Source: Methanobacterium sp. (GTDB lineage: Archaea; Methanobacteriota; Methanobacteria; Methanobacteriales; Methanobacteriaceae). From it: 16,425 bases of DNA. The position numbers and the translations under genes are program-made. The DNA lies in NCBI GenBank assembly GCA_003166335.1, contig PMWA01000104.1, positions 57,898 to 74,322 on the forward strand. The letters run 5' to 3'. Positions 1-9,861 of this stretch are shown piece by piece; the stretch's first letter is position 1, and each line of letters starts with the position of its first letter. A model generated the notes under the pieces. The model searched no databases. It saw only the letters and a program-made list of their open reading frames with translations, and was not told the origin of the DNA.

Positions 1-84
1 GGCCGTTCAATGGTTTGGTCTCAAGCTGAAAATAAACTTTATAGTGCAGCTGGTATATTAGACTTCATTTGTAATGAAAATTAA
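1..84 (+). CDS. arcB: C-terminal fragment of an ornithine carbamoyltransferase-family protein (5' part lies outside the window); probable catabolic ArcB
   Basis: Manual translation of frame 1 gives GRSMVWSQAENKLYSAAGILDFICNEN*, stop TAA at 82-84. This resembles the OTCase C-terminal S-x-V-[WF]-x-QAENR motif. It ends 21 bp upstream of arginine deiminase. Not in the ORF track. Confidence 0.75.
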   Translation, partial: GRSMVWSQAENKLYSAAGILDFICNEN

Positions 85-105
85 TATTTTAATAAGGTAA
101 ATAAA

Positions 106-1404
106 ATGGCTGTAAAAGTAAATGCAGAATGGGATCGCTTAAAAAAAGTATTAGTCCACACACCAGGGATGGAAATGTATTTTGGGCTTCTTGACCCATA
201 TTCATCACTTTATGAAAGAGCTTTCAGCCAATCAGATGCATTGAGAGAACATGAACTTCTATTATACACATTAAAACATGAATTTAAAGTAGATGTGATT
301 CCCCTCAAGGATACTATCATCTCTAATGCCGAAAAAAGTACAGCTATTCGAGAGAAGTTAGTGAAATTTGCCCAGGATACTATCTCCCTTAATGGAAATA
401 AACTGGAAGTTAAGCAAGCCCGGGAAGAAATGAATAAAAATAAGAATAAGTTAGATTCAGATTATTATTTCAATACGGTGCTTCTCAACCCCTGCATTGG
501 ATTAGAGTCAAGTGAAGGAATTAGGATGATTCAGCTTAAGGTTACTGAAAGAGAACCTCTTTCTAACCTTTATTTTATGAGAGATCAGCAAACAGTGACT
601 GATAAAGGACTAATAGTTTCAAAAATGTCCAAACCACAAAGACAGAGGGAAACTCTCCTTACTAAATTTTTTTGGCAAATTCTCAAACAACCAATAGTTC
701 ATGAAATACAAACTCCAGGCACTTTTGAAGGTGGTGATTTCATGCCAATGGGAGAATTCGCACTGATAGGTATGGGGGATCGTACCAATCGAAAAGGAGT
801 AGAACAAATGTTAGATCATGGTGTAGGGTACGATGAGATAGGTGTTGTTCACCAGCCTAATCATCCCCTTATACCTGGTGATAATAGAGATCCGATGGTG
901 AATATGCATCTCGACACATACTTTAACATAGTTTCTAAGGAAGTTGCAGTTGGTTGTGAACTTTTACTTGAAAATGCTTTGGTAGAAATTTATCATCAAA
1001 GTAATGATGGTTACATAAAAACTTCAGAAGAGATGAATCTTCGTGATTACTTAATATCAAAAGATTTTGATATTATCAACATTAAAACTTTGGAACAGAT
1101 GGCTTATGCATCTAACTTTCTTTGTATACGAAATGGAACTATCCTAGCAGTTGAAGTAGACCGTGTTGTAAAAAATGTATTAGAAAAGCTTAGAGCAAAA
1201 GCCATAACAGAACCATATCGATATAAAAAACTATTTAATCAGGCTAAGAAAGATTACCGGGAGCTTCGTTTGCAGGGACAATTCTTTCCTCACAAAAAGG
1301 AGATCTACCAGCACGATATAGATGCTTATCCGTTAAATCTGGTTAACCTTACTGGAGGATATGGTGGGGCTCATTGTATGTCATGTGCATTAAAACGTGG
1401 CTAA
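106..1404 (+). CDS. arcA: Arginine deiminase (amidinotransferase superfamily)
   Basis: 432 aa with N-terminal EWDRLKKVLVHTPG, NLYFMRD, FEGGD, MHLDT and C-terminal GGAHCMS carrying the catalytic Cys. AAGGT SD-like motif upstream. Flanked by a carbamoyltransferase and carbamate kinase. Confidence 0.9.
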   Translation: MAVKVNAEWDRLKKVLVHTPGMEMYFGLLDPYSSLYERAFSQSDALREHELLLYTLKHEFKVDVIPLKDTIISNAEKSTAIREKLVKFAQDTISLNGNKLEVKQAREEMNKNKNKLDSDYYFNTVLLNPCIGLESSEGIRMIQLKVTEREPLSNLYFMRDQQTVTDKGLIVSKMSKPQRQRETLLTKFFWQILKQPIVHEIQTPGTFEGGDFMPMGEFALIGMGDRTNRKGVEQMLDHGVGYDEIGVVHQPNHPLIPGDNRDPMVNMHLDTYFNIVSKEVAVGCELLLENALVEIYHQSNDGYIKTSEEMNLRDYLISKDFDIINIKTLEQMAYASNFLCIRNGTILAVEVDRVVKNVLEKLRAKAITEPYRYKKLFNQAKKDYRELRLQGQFFPHKKEIYQHDIDAYPLNLVNLTGGYGGAHCMSCALKRG

Positions 1405-1483
1405 AAAAAATTAGAAAGTCCATTCATTTAAACTAATTTGGGTTAAATCGATAAAATGGAGAAAATATGGAGATAGAAAAAGA

Positions 1484-2428
1484 ATGAACAGAACTATGGT
1501 GGTTTCTTTAGGTGGAAATGCTATTCTCAAGCATACAGAAAAAGGTACAGCCCAGGAACAATTTGAAAATGTTAATGAAACCTGTCATTATATTTTAGAA
1601 TTAATAAAGGAAGGTTATCATATTGCCATCACTCATGGTAATGGACCGCAGGTTGGTGATATTCTTTTGGCATATGATCTGGCTAAAAACACCCTACCTC
1701 CAATGCCTTTAGATGTTTGTGTAGCACAGTCCCAAGGCATGATAGGTTATATGCTTCAATTATCTTTAAAAAACATGCTGAAGAAACTTCAAATGAATAA
1801 ATCAGTGGTAACTCTGCTTACCCAAACTTTAGTTCATCAAGAAGATTCCCAGTTTGAAAATCCTACTAAACCCATCGGTCCTTTCTACACGGCCTTAGAA
1901 GCAACAAAACTACGAAAAGAGCGAAATTGGATTATTGTAAATGATAGTGGAAGAGGTTACCGAAGAGTAGTTCCTTCACCAATTCCAATAGGATTTGTTG
2001 AAGAAGGAAGTATTAAAACTTTATTTTTGGAAGGAACTATAGTTATAGCTTCTGGCGGGGGAGGCATACCCGTGGTTATAAAAGAGGATGGAATGCTTCA
2101 AGGTGTTGAAGGTGTGATAGATAAAGATCATGCCGCCTCCCATCTTGCATCACTAATCGAAGCTGAAATATTACTTATTCTTACTGATGTTGAAAAAATA
2201 TCATTATATTATAATACTCCAAGTCAAAAATTTATAAATAAAATGACAACAACCCAAGCTAAAAAATATCTTAAAGAAGGCCAATTTCCTGAAGGAAGTA
2301 TGGGACCTAAAGTAAGATCAGCAATAAATTTCCTAGAGAAAGGAGGTAAAAAGGTAATCATAACTTCCTTAGGACATGCAGTTGATGCAGTGAAGGGTGA
2401 TGCGGGTACTACTATTACTTTAAGTTAA
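1484..2428 (+). CDS. arcC: Carbamate kinase
   Basis: 314 aa with LGGNA, THGNGPQVG, PTKPIGPFY, RGYRRVVPSP, GGGGIPV, VIDKD and GSMGPK motifs. Confidence 0.96.
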   Translation: MNRTMVVSLGGNAILKHTEKGTAQEQFENVNETCHYILELIKEGYHIAITHGNGPQVGDILLAYDLAKNTLPPMPLDVCVAQSQGMIGYMLQLSLKNMLKKLQMNKSVVTLLTQTLVHQEDSQFENPTKPIGPFYTALEATKLRKERNWIIVNDSGRGYRRVVPSPIPIGFVEEGSIKTLFLEGTIVIASGGGGIPVVIKEDGMLQGVEGVIDKDHAASHLASLIEAEILLILTDVEKISLYYNTPSQKFINKMTTTQAKKYLKEGQFPEGSMGPKVRSAINFLEKGGKKVIITSLGHAVDAVKGDAGTTITLS

Positions 2429-2466
2429 AAAAAAATAAGAATTAATTTTTAAGGTGAATCAAAAAA

Positions 2467-3195
2467 ATGTGGGATACTAGTAAAGATTACAGACTTTTGG
2501 TGGCAGAGAAATCAGTGGAACTATTCTTAAGAACTATTGAAGGGGCAAATTTTCAGGGAAAATGGAATAAAAAGAAAGCAGTAACTACTGCTCGAGATAT
2601 GCTACCAGAAATACAATCACTTTATTACAGCTATCTGACTCCAGAAGAAATCTCAAAAACACCCCAAATAAATTCTTTAGAAGAAAAGGTAAAAGAAATA
2701 ATTAATGATCTAGGAGGCGAAGCATGGTACCATCAATTTTTAGGATTTGTAAAAAGAGACGAGAAAAGTAAATTAGAGGAATCCATAGCTAAAATCAAAT
2801 TTTTTATAAATACAATTTATGGCATTAGAAGAAGATTATCTCTTGGAGAAATAAACGATCCCATAATAGGTATTGATATTAAAACAGGAATAGTTTCAAG
2901 TATAAGTAATCATCCTAAGATGAATCAACTGCTTATATGTAATCTTAACTTGGGTAAGAGGGCCATAAAAGTAGTAACTAATGATTTAACTGTTAAAGAA
3001 GGTGATCATGTGGCATTAACATTACTTCCTCCTGCAGAATTTTGTGAAACTACCAGTGAAGGCATGTTTTTAGGTGTAGATGGGAGAGTTTTGAAAGATG
3101 TAAATGGTGAACTTGGGAATATTCCTCACGGTATTCCACTTAAGGCTTTAAATGATACTCGAAACTTTGTGGAATCATTTTTAAATAAAAAATAG
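2467..3195 (+). CDS. Archaeal tRNA-binding protein with C-terminal EMAP/Trbp111-like OB fold
   Basis: Helical N-terminus ([15 protein letters not shown]). C-terminal OB-fold pattern DIKTG..HP..L..C..VVTN..LPP..SEGMFLG. AGGTGA SD at about 2452-2457. Confidence 0.82.
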   Translation: MWDTSKDYRLLVAEKSVELFLRTIEGANFQGKWNKKKAVTTARDMLPEIQSLYYSYLTPEEISKTPQINSLEEKVKEIINDLGGEAWYHQFLGFVKRDEKSKLEESIAKIKFFINTIYGIRRRLSLGEINDPIIGIDIKTGIVSSISNHPKMNQLLICNLNLGKRAIKVVTNDLTVKEGDHVALTLLPPAEFCETTSEGMFLGVDGRVLKDVNGELGNIPHGIPLKALNDTRNFVESFLNKK

Positions 3196-3231
3196 TAATT
3201 AATTTTTTTTTATAAAGAAATTTATTTTAAT
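3196..3231. terminator. Putative archaeal oligo-T terminator region between convergent genes
   Basis: T9 tract at about 3203-3211, immediately after the stop of the tRNA-binding gene, in a 36-bp convergent gap. Confidence 0.5.
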
Positions 3232-4638
3232 TCATCCAATAATTACCAGTTTAGAACAGGTCATATCCTCCACCGCATATTTTACACCTTCTTTTCCAAT
3301 GCCACTCATTTTAAAGCCTCCAAAAGGCATGTTATCTGTGCGAAAAGTTGATTCTTTATTTATAAGTACAGTGCCAGCATCTATAGATTTCACAGCTCTC
3401 TTAGCTTTCTCTATACTTTCTGTGAATACAGAAGCCTGCAGACCATATGGTGTATGATTAGCCATTTTGAAAGCTTCATCAACATCATCAACTCTTATTA
3501 TAGGTGCTATTGGCCCGAAAGTTTCTTTACATACTAATTCCATATTAGGGAATACTCTATCCAGAACTGTAGGCTCATAAAAGGCACCATTACGTTTCCC
3601 TCCACATAAAAGTTCAGCACCATCATCTAAAGCATTATTTACTCTATTTTCAACTTTTAAAGCTGCTTCTTCATCTATTAATGGTCCAACATCTGTTTTT
3701 GAATTTAAGGGATCTCCCACCTTTAGTTTTTTGGTTTCTGACACTAATTTATCTGTAAATTCATCAAAAACACCCGTTTGGATGATAATTCTTTTTACAG
3801 CTATGCATACCTGACCAGCGAATACATAAGAACCTCTAACTGCAGCAGTAACTGCATTATCTATATTCGCATCATCTAAAATTACAAGAGGATCATTTCC
3901 ACCTAATTCAAGTGTCAGCTTTTTAACTCCTGCCTTTTGGGCAATGGACTTTCCCGTGGTAACGCTTCCTGTAAAAGATATTTTATTAACTAGGTTATTG
4001 GTAACCATTTCATCACCGATGACCATACCAATTCCTGTTAAAGCGTTTAAAGCACCATCGGGCAGGTAAGGGGCCATTAATTTTACTAGCTTCAAAGCTG
4101 CTAGAGGAGCTTTATGTGATGGTTTTGTTACTACCGTATTTTTAGCAGCTATAGCTGGGGCTATTTTATGCATTGCTAAGTTTACAGGGTAATTAAAGGG
4201 AGTTATAGCACTTAACACGCCTACTGGTATTTTTATTGTGAATCCTAGGATTTTACTACCTCCAATACCAGCATCTAAGGGTATAGTTTCACCATATATC
4301 CTTTTAGATTCTTCTGCTGCAAATAATAATGTATCCAATGAGCGTTCCATTTCAAATTTGGAGTCCCTGATGGGTTTCCCAGTTTCCTTAGTTATGATCG
4401 TTGCAAATTCATCTAGGCTTTTGGATAAATCATGATGGATGTCGTAGAGTATTCTGGAGATTCTACGTGAGGAAATATCTTTCATGGCTTTTTTAGCATT
4501 ATTAGCGGCATGAATGGCTTTTTTAGCATCCTCCCGTTTTCCAAATGGTACGGTGTCGATGATTGAGTTGTTTGCAGGATTTATAACATTGATTTTTTTA
4601 TCTTTGTCGATTAAATTTCCATTTATAAGCATTCTCAT
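3232..4638 (-). CDS. NAD-dependent aldehyde dehydrogenase, likely methanogen lactaldehyde dehydrogenase type
   Basis: 468 aa with ITPFNYP, KP, FTGS, LELGG (catalytic Glu), GQVC (catalytic Cys), ETFGP and [15 protein letters not shown]. The substrate assignment rests on family resemblance only. Confidence 0.85.
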   Translation of the reverse strand: MRMLINGNLIDKDKKINVINPANNSIIDTVPFGKREDAKKAIHAANNAKKAMKDISSRRISRILYDIHHDLSKSLDEFATIITKETGKPIRDSKFEMERSLDTLLFAAEESKRIYGETIPLDAGIGGSKILGFTIKIPVGVLSAITPFNYPVNLAMHKIAPAIAAKNTVVTKPSHKAPLAALKLVKLMAPYLPDGALNALTGIGMVIGDEMVTNNLVNKISFTGSVTTGKSIAQKAGVKKLTLELGGNDPLVILDDANIDNAVTAAVRGSYVFAGQVCIAVKRIIIQTGVFDEFTDKLVSETKKLKVGDPLNSKTDVGPLIDEEAALKVENRVNNALDDGAELLCGGKRNGAFYEPTVLDRVFPNMELVCKETFGPIAPIIRVDDVDEAFKMANHTPYGLQASVFTESIEKAKRAVKSIDAGTVLINKESTFRTDNMPFGGFKMSGIGKEGVKYAVEDMTCSKLVIIG

Positions 4639-4809
4639 TCGATTAAACCTGTTCTTTTATTCTAATTTATTTCCCGAAATATTCAATTCATTAGAAGTCC
4701 GATAAAAAAAATAATTCTTGTCATTATTATTTCTTAATTGTTAAAAAAAAAGAATTTCTTTATGTAAAATTTATTAATTTTGGGAATAATAAATAATATG
4801 TAATTTTTA

Positions 4810-5022
4810 TTAATGATTGAAATCATTATTCAAATTTTGGATACTGGTAGTAGTATTATTTAGTTGACTGTTATTGTTACTTCCATTAAAGGCGGTGCTA
4901 TTTAAACCATGAAGATAATGATTATATGCTAATAATGCAATTATTGCAATGACTATTATGCCTCCAAAAATTAGAATAAGTTCTGCTGAGACTTGTGCAT
5001 ATTCTTCGATTAATATTTTCAT
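4810..5022 (-). CDS. Small type IV pilin-like protein with class III signal peptide (DUF361-like)
   Basis: MKILIEEYA|QVSAE followed by about 18 hydrophobic residues. Q+1/S+3/E+5 matches the methanogen QxSxE pilin motif. GGGAG SD upstream. Starts 10 bp after the platform gene. Confidence 0.85.
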   Translation of the reverse strand: MKILIEEYAQVSAELILIFGGIIVIAIIALLAYNHYLHGLNSTAFNGSNNNSQLNNTTTSIQNLNNDFNH

Positions 5023-5032
5023 TTAAATCTCC

Positions 5033-5965
5033 CTAAAATCCTAATACCATTGGTGCAACTGTTTTTACAACATAAAATATTGCGAAAGCTGCTGGAGCTA
5101 AAATAAGAGCATATTTCACTCCTTTACGGGCACTACCATATAAAACAATGCCAATTAAAAGTCCGGCTATTATTGAGTGGATTATTATATAACCGCCGGC
5201 TGCGGTTGCTGCAGCGTCTAACAGGGGATCAGCCTTTCCTAAAGCTCCAATAAATGATGAATAAGTCATAATCATCCCCAAAGCGAATGGAGCAGCAATT
5301 AAAGCCGCGACAAGTAGAAACATGACTGACATCATCACGTTAGCTCTTCGTTCACGTTTTAAAGCTAACACGGCCCTTAAATCTTCAGCAACAGTTTCTA
5401 TAACATCTGATAAACTTCCTCCAACCCGCCTTCCTTCCAATATCATCCTGAAAGTCCTATCTAAATTTTTAGATTTTAAACGCTCCCCCATAGATGTTAA
5501 TGCAGATTCAAAGGTGCTACCTAATTTTATTTCGATTACAGCCCTTTTAAGCTCGTCAACTAAAGGTCCTTTACCCTGTCTGGAAATATCCTCCAAGGCA
5601 GTTTCAATACCTACTCCTGATCTTAAAAGAGATGCTATCTGTCTTAAAAAATCAGGTGTGCCTTGTTCTATACTATCCACACGACGTTCCATCATAAAAA
5701 ATATCCAAGCAAAAATTACTATTCCCGGCAGTAAAAATCCTATTAATCCTCCAATAAGGGGATTAATACCTAGTACAGAAAATAAAATAAAGATTACTAA
5801 ACCCATTAATATACCGGCTAAAAGCACTAATGTTATAAGCTCCGAAGCCTTGACATATAAACCCGATCTTACTAAGTTTTCCTGTAAAGTAACCGCGTAT
5901 CTTTCAGGTATTATGTTTTCCATGACCTGAGTTAAGGGTGATAATGCTGGGGGGATAATTGCCAT
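5033..5965 (-). CDS. Type II secretion system F / TadC-like pilus membrane platform protein
   Basis: Two N-terminal TM helices, [24 protein letters not shown]2SSF pattern, GGSLSDVIE, three C-terminal TM helices. Start moved from GTG 5977 to ATG 5965 because AGGTGG at about 5974-5979 is a better SD for it. Confidence 0.9.
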   Translation of the reverse strand: MAIIPPALSPLTQVMENIIPERYAVTLQENLVRSGLYVKASELITLVLLAGILMGLVIFILFSVLGINPLIGGLIGFLLPGIVIFAWIFFMMERRVDSIEQGTPDFLRQIASLLRSGVGIETALEDISRQGKGPLVDELKRAVIEIKLGSTFESALTSMGERLKSKNLDRTFRMILEGRRVGGSLSDVIETVAEDLRAVLALKRERRANVMMSVMFLLVAALIAAPFALGMIMTYSSFIGALGKADPLLDAAATAAGGYIIIHSIIAGLLIGIVLYGSARKGVKYALILAPAAFAIFYVVKTVAPMVLGF

Positions 5966-6010
5966 TTTTTTTACCACCTAAATGGGATATGTAAATTAAT
6001 TCTATTTTTT

Positions 6011-6027
6011 AAGTATATATAGTTCAG
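6011..6027 (-). promoter_or_regulatory. Putative TATA box for the platform-pilin transcript
   Basis: Minus strand reads GAACTATATATAC, about 50 bp upstream of the ATG at 5965. AT-rich context limits certainty. Confidence 0.4.
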
Positions 6028-6138
6028 TATATAATTCATTAAGGTTATTAAACGTATACTATTATGTTCAATTATTTATAAAAAATTTTATATTTAAATA
6101 ATCGTGATAAATAAAGAGTACTCCAAAAACAGGTTTTT

Positions 6139-7131
6139 TTATAGTGTTATTTCTGTTTTTATTTTATTTAAACGCACCGCATTTTTCTTTATAAGTACTA
6201 CGTCCTCTATTCTCACTCCAAATTCATCTTTAATATAAATTCCAGGTTCAACAGTAATAACCATTCCTTCTTGAAGTTTACTTTTATCACTCTGTGATAA
6301 TAAAGGTTTTTCATGTACTTCAAGACCTAAACCATGTCCTGTTGAATGTATAAAATTACTTCCATAACCATAATCTTCTATAACTTTCCTGGCAACCTTA
6401 TCCACATAGGAAGCTTTTATACCTGGTTTTATAACTTTAATTGCTTTTTTTTGAGCTTCCAAAACAATTTCAAATAGTTCAGCTTGTTTTTCATTTTTTA
6501 TTATGGTTCGAGTTGTATCAGAACAGTAATTATTATATACAGCTCCCCAATCAATAACCACGGGAAATTCCAATTTATTCAATGTTACAGTAGCGTGTGG
6601 AAGGCTTGATCTTACTCCTGATGCAACAATAGTGTCAAAAGCAGGTTTTATAGATCCTTCCATTTTCATATTAAATTCTAATTCTGCAGCAATTTTATTT
6701 TCAGTTTCAAAAATCTCGGTATTCATTAATGAATTTTCAGCAATTTTAATAGCATTTTCAATACATTTAACTTCGTAATCCGCCTTTATAATGCGGGAAG
6801 ACTCTACTACATCTGTTAACTTGGTTTTAAAGTCATTACAAATTTTCTTATAAGTGAATACAGATAATGAATTTTCAATTCCTACAGTACCTTGCAAAGT
6901 TTTTTTGACTTCGTTTAGAGACTTCAGTTCCGCTACTTGAACTTTGGATTGATTCAAAGCATTATCTATTTCCATTTTAGATGTAAATAGCACTGCATCA
7001 TCTTTTAATATTAGAATGGATGAACTAGAAGGTTTAAAGCCAGATAAATAAGCTATATTTTCCGGTTTAAAAATAATTAGAGAATCGATCTCTTGGCTGT
7101 GCATAGCATCTATTACATCTTTAAAATCCAT
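6139..7131 (-). CDS. pepQ: Xaa-Pro aminopeptidase/prolidase (M24B)
   Basis: Creatinase-like N domain (NIAYLSGF). Metal-ligand motifs DWGA..YCSDTTRT, HSTGHGLGLEVHE, TVEPGIY and GVRIED. Confidence 0.92.
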   Translation of the reverse strand: MDFKDVIDAMHSQEIDSLIIFKPENIAYLSGFKPSSSSILILKDDAVLFTSKMEIDNALNQSKVQVAELKSLNEVKKTLQGTVGIENSLSVFTYKKICNDFKTKLTDVVESSRIIKADYEVKCIENAIKIAENSLMNTEIFETENKIAAELEFNMKMEGSIKPAFDTIVASGVRSSLPHATVTLNKLEFPVVIDWGAVYNNYCSDTTRTIIKNEKQAELFEIVLEAQKKAIKVIKPGIKASYVDKVARKVIEDYGYGSNFIHSTGHGLGLEVHEKPLLSQSDKSKLQEGMVITVEPGIYIKDEFGVRIEDVVLIKKNAVRLNKIKTEITL

Positions 7132-7168
7132 TTGAAAAACCTTTAAAATATCTTATTATTCTCAAATT

Positions 7169-7630
7169 TTACTCCCTATTTATATAGTTCCTTTTTATTT
7201 CTAATTTAATTTTCTCCATAACATCAGCGGGAATTATACGTGGTATTGGTTGAGGAATATAACCAAAATCAGGGTCATCGAATATTAAACCTCCAAATTT
7301 AATTTCACTTTGGTAACGGGGTATAAAATGCCAATGAATCTCTGGAGTAGGATCATCATCCCTAAATGCAGCATTTTTAAAGCAACTCCAATTATAAAGA
7401 TCCGGATGGAAAGTTTCATTTAAACTAGTTTCTAGTTTCCGGACTAAAAATTTGAAATCATCCCATTCGGAGTCTTCCAGTTCAGATAAACTTTGGCATT
7501 GTCTTTTAAGTGCCACTACACAAGTTCCTAGAAATCTTTGGCTGGGTGCTAAGAAGATCATCCAGTAAGGTGTTTCCTCAATAAGATCACCATAGCCTCC
7601 CGTTCGACAATATTCGCATTTTACTGTCAT
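7169..7630 (-). CDS. HIT-family nucleotide hydrolase
   Basis: N-terminal CEYC and HIT-like EIHWHFIPR motif. GGAGGT SD upstream. Confidence 0.85.
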   Translation of the reverse strand: MTVKCEYCRTGGYGDLIEETPYWMIFLAPSQRFLGTCVVALKRQCQSLSELEDSEWDDFKFLVRKLETSLNETFHPDLYNWSCFKNAAFRDDDPTPEIHWHFIPRYQSEIKFGGLIFDDPDFGYIPQPIPRIIPADVMEKIKLEIKRNYINRE

Positions 7631-7720
7631 TTTTTTAGATACCTCCTTTTCAAACTAATTAGCTCCTATTTGATGGTATATGGCCTTAATGAATTAATAT
7701 TATTTATGAAAAATTAGAAG

Positions 7721-7740
7721 TAAAAATGTTATATATAAAC
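7721..7740. promoter_or_regulatory. Putative TATA element in the divergent HIT / M50 intergenic region
   Basis: AAAAATGTTATATATAAAC reads as a TATA box on both strands (TTATATAT and TTTATATA). Confidence 0.4.
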
Positions 7741-7807
7741 CAATTAATACTAGTTTTATAACTTGATACAAAAACTATTATATGGTAAAGAACATGGTTT
7801 TAAAATT

Positions 7808-8413
7808 ATGGTAAAATTCACAGCTAGAGAAGTCAGGGATATATTAATATCAATGATAGTTATTGCTTTGATATTCGCTTACATATTTAGTGGACGGAAT
7901 CTTTCAAACCCTAACTTCATATCATTAATACCAATCACATTCATAGCAGTTGGATTAGGTTTTGTTTTACATGAACTGGCTCATAAATTTGTTGCCATCC
8001 GATACGGATTCTGGGCTGAATATAAATTATGGGCTGAAGGCTTAATACTGGCAGTTATCGTTGCAGTAGCATTAGGATTCGTTTTCGCAGCACCAGGTGC
8101 AGTTTACATCCATGGAAACTATATATCCCGGGAACAAAATGGTAAAATATCCTTAGCCGGACCAGCAACTAATATAATTCTGGCAGGATTGTTCTTTTTA
8201 ATGATGTATTATTTTTCATCATTCCAGTTACTCTTACAATTAGGTTTCTTAGGTTTTTGGGTAAATAGTGTATTAGCATTATTTAACCTCATTCCAATTA
8301 GCATATTTGACGGTGCTAAAATATTCAGATGGAATCCATTAATATGGGTTGTAATGGCGGTTGTTGCATTTATAATGGTATTATATTCATTTTCAGGATT
8401 ATTTTCAATTTAA
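7808..8413 (+). CDS. Site-2 protease family (M50) membrane zinc metalloprotease
   Basis: HELAH (HExxH), ISLAGP and FNLIP..FDG motifs, with several TM helices. ATG at 7808 (MVKFTARE) preferred over TTG at 7763. Confidence 0.9.
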   Translation: MVKFTAREVRDILISMIVIALIFAYIFSGRNLSNPNFISLIPITFIAVGLGFVLHELAHKFVAIRYGFWAEYKLWAEGLILAVIVAVALGFVFAAPGAVYIHGNYISREQNGKISLAGPATNIILAGLFFLMMYYFSSFQLLLQLGFLGFWVNSVLALFNLIPISIFDGAKIFRWNPLIWVVMAVVAFIMVLYSFSGLFSI

Positions 8414-8562
8414 TTTATGATTCCAAAATTTTTTTGGGGGATATATAAAAAAGAATTCAGATAATAAAATATTTTATAATATATTTATTTCAAAATATAA
8501 AATCGATATCAACTAGATGATAATATAATATTTCAGGATAGTAATAAAAGAGGATATTTTTA

Positions 8563-9759
8563 ATGTTAAAAGAGGTCCCTATTAAATATTTTGGATGCAC
8601 TCACAGGTCAATTCCCCCTAAACAAACAATTGAAAATGTTGAGGGAAAACTCAGAAGAGTAGGGGTTACCAGAATAGCAGAAATTACACATTTGGATCGT
8701 TTGGGAATACCAATTTATTCTGCAATAAGACCGGGAGCAGCAGAGGGTGCCGTAAGCATATATGCTGGTAAAGGAGCTACAAAAAATCAAGCCAAAGCCT
8801 CTGCTATGATGGAAGCATTTGAAAGATATTCTGCTGAAATAAATGAATCCGATTATAGAACAAAATTTGAATTAGGGATATTTAAAGAATTAAAGTATGC
8901 TATAAATCCCGAAGAATTAGTTTTATCATCTCAATTACCATTTGAAGTAGGAGAAATTCAGTTAGATTGGGTTAAAGCAGTGAATATAACTGATGATCAT
9001 GAATATTTTATCCCAGCAAATGCTGTCTACCATCCTTACATTACTTCAAAAAGTGTTTCATTATTCAAATCTAACACTAATGGATTAGCATCTGGAAATA
9101 ATATCGAAGAAGCTATATTCCATGGAATTATGGAAGTCGTGGAAAGGGATGCTTGGAGTATTTTTGAGGCCAAAAAAAAACCTAAAAGTGAAGTAAATTG
9201 TGAAGAGGTGAATAATCCTATAATTAGGAATATATTGGACAAATTCTCCAAAGTAGGGATTGAAGTTAAATTGATAGATTTAACTGCAGATATTGATATC
9301 ACCACTATAGCTGCAGTTTCAGATGATACTATACTTAAAGATCCTGCTTTGTTAACATTAGGAATAGGTACCCATCTTGATCCTGAAGTAGCCGCTATAA
9401 GAGCTCTAACTGAGGTTGCACAGAGTAGAGCTACCCAGATTCATGGAACAAGGGAAGACACCACTCGAGCTGTTTTTATGAGAAAAGCAGGTTATAAACG
9501 TATGAAAAAGATAAATAAACACTGGTTTGGAGAGTCTAAAAAGCTTATTAATCTTTCAGAAATCAAAGATAAATCAAGAAGATCTTTTAAAGACAATATA
9601 GATACTTCAATTAATTTAATTACAAAAAAAGGTTTTAATAAGATTTTATATGTGGATTTAACTCGTTTTGAAATTCAGATACCTGTCGTGAGGGTTTTAA
9701 TACCCGGTTTAGAGGTATACTCGGTGGATCGGGATCGGATGGGTAAAAGACTTATTTAA
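8563..9759 (+). CDS. ycaO: YcaO, methanogen McrA glycine-thioamidation type
   Basis: [54 protein letters not shown] and [11 protein letters not shown]. No Pro-rich PxP C-terminus of azoline-forming YcaOs. GAGG SD upstream. Confidence 0.92.
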   Translation: MLKEVPIKYFGCTHRSIPPKQTIENVEGKLRRVGVTRIAEITHLDRLGIPIYSAIRPGAAEGAVSIYAGKGATKNQAKASAMMEAFERYSAEINESDYRTKFELGIFKELKYAINPEELVLSSQLPFEVGEIQLDWVKAVNITDDHEYFIPANAVYHPYITSKSVSLFKSNTNGLASGNNIEEAIFHGIMEVVERDAWSIFEAKKKPKSEVNCEEVNNPIIRNILDKFSKVGIEVKLIDLTADIDITTIAAVSDDTILKDPALLTLGIGTHLDPEVAAIRALTEVAQSRATQIHGTREDTTRAVFMRKAGYKRMKKINKHWFGESKKLINLSEIKDKSRRSFKDNIDTSINLITKKGFNKILYVDLTRFEIQIPVVRVLIPGLEVYSVDRDRMGKRLI

Positions 9760-9861
9760 ATCTTATTTTAAGCGAAAATTTAATAAATTTTTTTTAAATA
9801 TTTAATTAAAAACTAATTTTATCACGTAAACATTTCATATTATAGATCTGGTGTATAAAAA

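Noticed and set aside
5322..5930. 202-aa plus-strand ORF
   Set aside because: Entirely antisense to the TadC-like gene, with no recognisable motifs. A shadow ORF.
4810..9759. RiPP-like cluster idea (YcaO, M50 protease, M24 peptidase and a small peptide)
   Set aside because: The YcaO looks like the McrA thioamidation type, the small protein is a pilin, and the genes lie on different strands. No precursor peptide is evident.
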